NCBI RefSeq assembly: GCF_017876815.1
Contig: NZ_JAGIOS010000001.1
Location: forward strand, 3,240,001-3,272,000
Source of the DNA: Sinorhizobium meliloti
GTDB lineage: Bacteria > Pseudomonadota > Alphaproteobacteria > Rhizobiales > Rhizobiaceae
DNA: 32,000 bases
Direction of reading: 5' to 3'
The first letter of the stretch is position 1. Every line of letters begins with the position of its first letter. The position numbers and the translations under genes were made by a program. Positions 27,339 to 32,000 of the stretch are shown here, piece after piece. The notes under the pieces are model-generated. The model was not told the origin of the DNA. It was given only the letters and a program-made list of their open reading frames with translations, and ran no database searches.

Positions 27339-28205
27339 CTATATCGTCAATCGCACCGTTTGATGACGTGCAATGCCGTAGCGCCCTGTTCTGGATGCGT
27401 CTGCTGCATATTTTCCATCAGAACAATCGAAGCCCTTTGAGGCTGACATGCCGTCCTTGCCGATGATGACGTGATCGTGAAGCGCAATGCCGAGCGGCTT
27501 GGCGGCCTCGGCGATGAGCTTGGTCATGTCAATGTCCGCGCGTGACGGCGTCGGGTCGCCGGAGGGATGGTTGTGCACTAAAATCAAGGCGGTAGCGGAA
27601 AGCTCCAAGGCGCGCTTGACCACCTCGCGAGGATATACGGGCGTGTGGTCGATCGTTCCTTGCTGCTGCACCTCGTCGGCGATCAGCGTGTTGCGCTTGT
27701 CGAGGAAAAGGATGCGGAACTGCTCCTTCGTCTCATGCGCCATCGCTGCGTGGCAATAGTCGATCACGGCGCTCCAGGAGGACAGAACCTGCTTGTTGCG
27801 CAATTCGCTCCTGAGCATGCGGTGGCTGGCGGTGGCGACGAGCTTGAGATCGAGCGCAACGGACTCTCCGACGCCTTTGACTTCCTGAAGGAGGTGCAGG
27901 GGAGCGCCGAAGACGGCCGCAAGCGTGCCGAAGCGGTCGAGCAGCGCCTTGGCGATCGGCTTGGTGTCGCGGCGGGGGATGAGGCGGAAGAGGATGAGCT
28001 CGAGGATTTCGTAATCCGCCAGCGCCGCATCCCCGTGTTCGCGGTAGCGGGCTCTCAGGCGATCCCGATGGCCGTGATAGTGCGTATCGGTTGCCGGCGC
28101 CGGCGCGGTTGCGGGGCTGTTGCGGGTCCGCTTCTCAGGGAAAAACCCGCGTTCGTCCGCGGCGTCGAAAAGCTCGTCGGGTTCGCCGGGCGGGATCTTC
28201 GTCAC
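27339..28205 (-). CDS. radC: RadC-family JAMM-motif protein; 3' end appears frameshifted (canonical end would be 27418)
   Basis: HhH region [12 protein letters not shown] and JAMM motif [11 protein letters not shown] are present. The GTG start overlaps the map stop (GTGA). The last 30 codons of the ORF as drawn have low GC3, and an alternate frame gives the canonical C-terminus (see finding). Confidence 0.85.
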   Translation of the reverse strand: MTKIPPGEPDELFDAADERGFFPEKRTRNSPATAPAPATDTHYHGHRDRLRARYREHGDAALADYEILELILFRLIPRRDTKPIAKALLDRFGTLAAVFGAPLHLLQEVKGVGESVALDLKLVATASHRMLRSELRNKQVLSSWSAVIDYCHAAMAHETKEQFRILFLDKRNTLIADEVQQQGTIDHTPVYPREVVKRALELSATALILVHNHPSGDPTPSRADIDMTKLIAEAAKPLGIALHDHVIIGKDGMSASKGFDCSDGKYAADASRTGRYGIARHQTVRLTI

Positions 28206-29041
28206 GCGTCGCCCGCGACGTGAATGCCGGGCTTGAAGAGACCGGCCGGTGAGAGCGTGAATATTTCACAGCCGTCCGCCGTGACGCCCACCGTGTGCTC
28301 GTATTGGGCCGACAGGGATCGATCGCGTGTAACCGCCGTCCAGCCGTCCGAGAGGACCTTCACATGCGGGCGGCCAAGATTGATCATCGGTTCGATCGTG
28401 AAGATCATGCCTTCCTTGAGCTCCGGCCCGTCATTGGCGCTGCCATAGTGAAGGATGTTGGGCGCGTCGTGAAAGAGCCGGCCGACGCCGTGACCGCAGA
28501 AGTCGCGAACCACCGAACAACGCTCGGCTTCGGCATAGGCCTGGATCGCCTCGCCGATTGCCCCCGTGCGCGCGCCGGGGCGAACCGCCGCTATGCCGCG
28601 CATCAGGCATTCATGCGTCACGTCCAGCAGGCGCTCGGCGGCACGCTTTATCTCTCCGACGGGATACATCCGGCTTGAATCACCGTGCCAGCCATCGACC
28701 ACATAGGTCACGTCGATATTGACGATGTCCCCTTCGCGCAGCGGCTTGTCGTTGGGGATGCCGTGACAGACCACGTGATTGATCGAGGTGCAGGAAGATT
28801 TCGTGTAGCCGCGATAATTGAGGGTTGCAGGGAGCGCGCCGTGGTCCATGCCGAACTCGAAGACGAAGCGGTCGATCTCGTCCGTCGTCACGCCCGGGCT
28901 CACGCGCGCCACGAGCTCGTCCAGGCAGCGTGCCGTCACCTGACAGGCCTTGCGCATGCCTTCAAATCCCTCCGGCCCGTAAAGTCGAATGACACCGGTG
29001 TTCTTGTAGGGAGCCGCGTCGGCCTCGATGTAAGTTACCAT
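28202..29041 (-). CDS. map: Type I methionine aminopeptidase
   Basis: The 279-aa ORF has conserved blocks VCHGIP, NIDVT, GHGVGR, FTIEP and QYEHTV. Confidence 0.97.
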   Translation of the reverse strand: MVTYIEADAAPYKNTGVIRLYGPEGFEGMRKACQVTARCLDELVARVSPGVTTDEIDRFVFEFGMDHGALPATLNYRGYTKSSCTSINHVVCHGIPNDKPLREGDIVNIDVTYVVDGWHGDSSRMYPVGEIKRAAERLLDVTHECLMRGIAAVRPGARTGAIGEAIQAYAEAERCSVVRDFCGHGVGRLFHDAPNILHYGSANDGPELKEGMIFTIEPMINLGRPHVKVLSDGWTAVTRDRSLSAQYEHTVGVTADGCEIFTLSPAGLFKPGIHVAGDA

Positions 29042-29069
29042 TCCAGACTTCCGTTGTTTCAGGCGATTT

Positions 29070-29788
29070 TCATAAAACAGCAGGGACCGGTTCGTCCACT
29101 ACGATCGGTCCTGCCGCCACGATTTGCCCCGGCGATACCGCGCACTTGACCGCATAGGCCTCGACCCCGCGGGCGCTCGCCCTTTCGAAAGCACGAGCAT
29201 AAACCGGGTCGAGCTCACGGCATATGCGGAAGCGACTGCAATCGCCTCTCTGGATAAGATAGAGCATGATCGCGCGGTGTCCCGCCTCGACCATATCGCC
29301 CAGTTCCTCTAGATGTTTCGCGCCGCGTTGTGTCGGGCTGCCGGGAATTCGGCGAGACCGCGGACGCGGCTGAAATGGACGTTCTTCACCTCGACATAGG
29401 CGAGGCCCTTTTCCGCATCGCTGAGCAGAATGTCGATCCTCGAATTGCGGCCGTATCTCTGCTCGCGCCGGAGCGTGCCGTAGGTGTGGAGATTGCCCAC
29501 CTGTCCGGCCATGATCGCCTCTTCGGCGATCCGGTTCGGCAATCCGGTGTTGATGCCGACCAGCGTGCCGTCCGCCTCGACGATCTCCAGCATGTGGCGA
29601 TACTTGCGTGTTGGGCTGTCGTGTTCCGAGAGCCAGATCGGCGAGCCCGGTATGGTCAGGCCACGCATCGAGCCGGTATTCGGGCATGAACCGGTGATTG
29701 CCGTTCCATCGGCCAGAATAGCGTCGAACAGGAAGCGCTTGTAACGCTGCACAAGCGTCGCAGGTACGAGCGGGCGAGGGAAATTCAA
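29070..29788 (-). pseudogene. sfsA: sfsA (sugar fermentation stimulation / SfsA nuclease-fold family) interrupted by a 1-nt frameshift
   Basis: The N-terminal 142 residues ([23 protein letters not shown]...GLAEFP) are in the frame of ORF 29309-29788. The C-terminal part ([34 protein letters not shown]...) is in the frame of ORF 29070-29945. The frames meet at the CCCGG run at 29341-29345. The span of 719 nt plus 1 gives 240 codons. Confidence 0.85.
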
Positions 29789-29821
29789 GGGGATTGAACT
29801 CTCTGCGGTCAGTCGTTGCGG

Positions 29822-31657
29822 TCAGGCGCGCACGCGCACGTAGGAGCCGGGCGCTTCCTCGATGGAATTGAGCGGACCTCCGGCCTTCCGCGCCGGAACC
29901 CTGCGTTTGTCGAGCCGTTCGACCCAACCCTGCCAATGCGGCCACCAGGACCCGGCCGTCTCCTTCGCTTTACCCATCCAGGTCTCGATGTCGCCCTTCG
30001 GCGCCCCTCCCGTCCAGTATTGATACTTGCTTCGGGCCGGAGGGTTGACGACACCGGCGATGTGCCCGGAGCCGGAGAGCACGAAGGTCACCTTGCCGCC
30101 GAAGCTGCTGCTGCCGAGGAAAACCGACTTTGCCGGCGCGATGTGGTCCTCCTTCGTCGCGAGATTGTAGATGGGAATCTTTACGTCGCCGAGGGATACG
30201 CGGCGGCCGGCCAGCACCATCTCGCCCTTGGAGAGCCTGTTCTCCAGATAGCAGTTGCGCAGGTAGAAAGAGTGGTTGGCCGCGGGCATCCGCGTCGAAT
30301 CGGAGTTCCAGTAAAGCAGGTCGAAGGGCAGGGGATCCTGGCCCTTGAGGTAATTGTTGACGAAATAGGGCCAGATCAGTTCCGAAGCCCGGAGCATGTT
30401 GAAGGCCGACGCCATCTTCGAGCCTTCGAGGTAGCCGGTGGCGCTCATATTGGCCTCGAGGTGGCGGATCTGGTCGTAGTCCACGAAAACCTTGAGATCG
30501 CCGGCGTGGGTGAAATCCACCTGCGTGGTGAAGAGCGTCGCGGAGCGAATGCGTTCGTCGCCTTCGGCGGCATGGAGCGCCAGGGTGGCGGCAAGCAGCG
30601 TCCCGCCGACGCAATAGCCGATGGAATTGACTTCGCGCTCGCCGGTTGCCTGCTCGATGATATCAAGCGCGAAGCCTATGCCTTCGCGTGCATAAGCTTC
30701 CCAGTCCTTGGAGGCATGGCGTTCGTCCGGGTTTACCCAGGAGATGACGAAGACCGTCTGACCCTGGTCGACAGCCCATTTGATGAAGGACTTCTCCGGG
30801 TTGAGGTCCAGCACGTAGAATTTGTTGATCCAGGGCGGGCAAATGAGCAACGGCCTCTTCAGCACGGTCTCGGTACTCGCCTCGTATTGCAGCACCTGGC
30901 AGACATCGTTCTGGGCGATCACCTTGCCCGGAGTGATCGCGATGTTCTCTCCGATGGCGAACTTGCTGGTGTCCGTCTGGCGGAGCCGAAGCTCGCCGCG
31001 CCCGGCGGCTATGTCTTCCGCCAGCATCTGCATGCCTTTCACGAGATTGGCGCCGCTCGACGCCACGGTCTCGCGATAGAGCTGCGGATTCGTCGTGATG
31101 AAGTTGGTCGGGGAAAGAGCGCTGGCAATCTGGCGAACGTAGAAGGCCGCCTTGTGACGGGTATGATCATCAAGGCCCTCGGCGTCCCTCACCATGCGCT
31201 CCGCCCAGTCGGAGGTGACGAAGTAGGCTTGGCGGATGAAATCGAAAAACGGGTTCTTCACCCAGTCTTCGTCGGCGAAGCGCTTGTCGTTGCGCTGAAG
31301 GTTGGCCGGGTCCTCCACGGCGTCGCCTGCCATGCGCTGGAGTGTCCGCGACCACATATCGAAGAAGCTGCCGAGAAGATGGGTCTGGGCTTCGAGTGTC
31401 CGCCGGGGGTCGGAGAGCCAGTATTCCGAGACCTTGGAGAGGGTCTTGACCATGTCGGAGACCGGCTCGGCGAAACTATCCGTCTTCTCGCCCGCTTCGC
31501 GGGGGGCGAGCCATGCGGAAGCGGCTTTTCCGAGCTGCTCTGCCGCGCGAGCCATGTTGATGGCCAGGCTTTCGGGATCCTTGACGATGTAAGGCTCGAC
31601 CGATTTCGGGTCGAAGCCGGCAAAGCCCGTAGCGCCCTCAGCCTTCTCTGCTGTCAC
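29822..31657 (-). CDS. phaC: Class I poly(3-hydroxyalkanoate) synthase
   Basis: The 611-aa ORF has the lipase-like box GYCVGG and conserved PhaC N-terminal and alpha/beta regions. The GTG start at 31657 is preceded by a GGAGGA SD 6 nt upstream. Confidence 0.95.
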   Translation of the reverse strand: MTAEKAEGATGFAGFDPKSVEPYIVKDPESLAINMARAAEQLGKAASAWLAPREAGEKTDSFAEPVSDMVKTLSKVSEYWLSDPRRTLEAQTHLLGSFFDMWSRTLQRMAGDAVEDPANLQRNDKRFADEDWVKNPFFDFIRQAYFVTSDWAERMVRDAEGLDDHTRHKAAFYVRQIASALSPTNFITTNPQLYRETVASSGANLVKGMQMLAEDIAAGRGELRLRQTDTSKFAIGENIAITPGKVIAQNDVCQVLQYEASTETVLKRPLLICPPWINKFYVLDLNPEKSFIKWAVDQGQTVFVISWVNPDERHASKDWEAYAREGIGFALDIIEQATGEREVNSIGYCVGGTLLAATLALHAAEGDERIRSATLFTTQVDFTHAGDLKVFVDYDQIRHLEANMSATGYLEGSKMASAFNMLRASELIWPYFVNNYLKGQDPLPFDLLYWNSDSTRMPAANHSFYLRNCYLENRLSKGEMVLAGRRVSLGDVKIPIYNLATKEDHIAPAKSVFLGSSSFGGKVTFVLSGSGHIAGVVNPPARSKYQYWTGGAPKGDIETWMGKAKETAGSWWPHWQGWVERLDKRRVPARKAGGPLNSIEEAPGSYVRVRA

Positions 31658-31783
31658 CCGGCGTCCTCCACAGCATCTTGTTTGTTTTGTATTTTTACAT
31701 TCTGCCCGAAAATGATTACAAGGGCTACGGCATGTTCCCTTGATCGTAGCCGGTCGAAGGACAAAAACATGCAGCAGATCAAA

Positions 31784-31833
31784 GTGCTACAGCGACCTTT
31801 GCGCGTCCCAGGAGACGCGCGGCGCTGTAGCGC
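31784..31833. repeat. Nested-palindrome intergenic repeat element (rhizobial ATGCAGCA..TCAAAGTGCTACAGCG-type repeat)
   Basis: The outer stem pairs GCTACAGCG (31786-31794) with CGCTGTAGC (31823-31831). The inner stem pairs GCGCGTC (31801-31807) with GACGCGC (31814-31820). It lies in the 210-bp region upstream of phaC. Confidence 0.6.
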
Positions 31834-31868
31834 ATCGTCGCGCCGCAGAAACAGAGGTCATCGCCAGC

Positions 31869-32000
31869 ATGCTTGCCGTCGGAAAACAGCGTTCGCTTTC
31901 TTGGATGTCCGCACTGATTCTCGCAGGCGTGCTCGCGGGCTGCAACTCGACGGCGGACCTTGCCACCTATCCCTCTGTTTACGGTCAGAAGCCCGCCGCC
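31869..32000 (+). CDS. Lipoprotein, N-terminal fragment (runs off window end)
   Basis: The ATG at 31869 gives MLAVGKQRSLSWMSALILAGVLAGCNSTADLATYPSVYGQKPAA. This is a signal peptide with a lipobox LAGC. It is absent from the ORF track because it is truncated. Confidence 0.55.
   Translation, partial: MLAVGKQRSLSWMSALILAGVLAGCNSTADLATYPSVYGQKPAA

Overview
High-GC (roughly 60-63% in genes) alphaproteobacterial chromosome segment. Gene content and protein sequences look like Rhizobiaceae core genome, probably Sinorhizobium/Ensifer-like; that assignment is inference from recognisable proteins such as a 611-aa PhaC. About 33 protein genes are supported. At 237-6019 there is a tightly packed flavin reductase / MoxR(CoxD-like) / VWA(CoxE-like) / two XdhC-family / MoeA-like+MocA fusion / TfoX-N operon. 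It is followed by a NUDIX hydrolase, a DEAD-box RNA helicase, an M23 peptidase, a bcp-DUF455 pair, a large AsmA/YhdP-family envelope protein, tyrS, anmK, an orphan SpoVT/AbrB antitoxin-like ORF and an alpha/beta hydrolase. Next comes a seven-gene suf Fe-S assembly operon (class I desulfurase-sufB-sufC-sufD-sufS-sufT-sufA). The window ends with sthA, radC, map, sfsA, phaC and the start of a lipoprotein gene. I found no tRNA/rRNA genes, CRISPR arrays, transposases, integrases or phage genes, so this is an ordinary conserved region, not an accessory island. I cannot support a convincing undescribed multi-gene system here. The most useful observations are: (1) single-nucleotide frameshifts in sfsA and at the 3' end of radC, and possibly in the antitoxin-like ORF, all at short G/C runs; (2) a sigma70-like promoter with overlapping RirA-type (IRO-like) and Irr-type (ICE-like) motifs upstream of the suf operon; (3) two families of structured GC-rich palindromic intergenic repeats (sufA/sthA spacer and upstream of phaC); (4) a Mo-enzyme maturation operon with no structural molybdoenzyme genes in the window; (5) a bcp-DUF455 (putative di-iron) pair; (6) a 410-bp lower-GC intergenic region. 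Many long ORFs in the supplied track are antisense mirror ORFs typical of high-GC DNA and were rejected.
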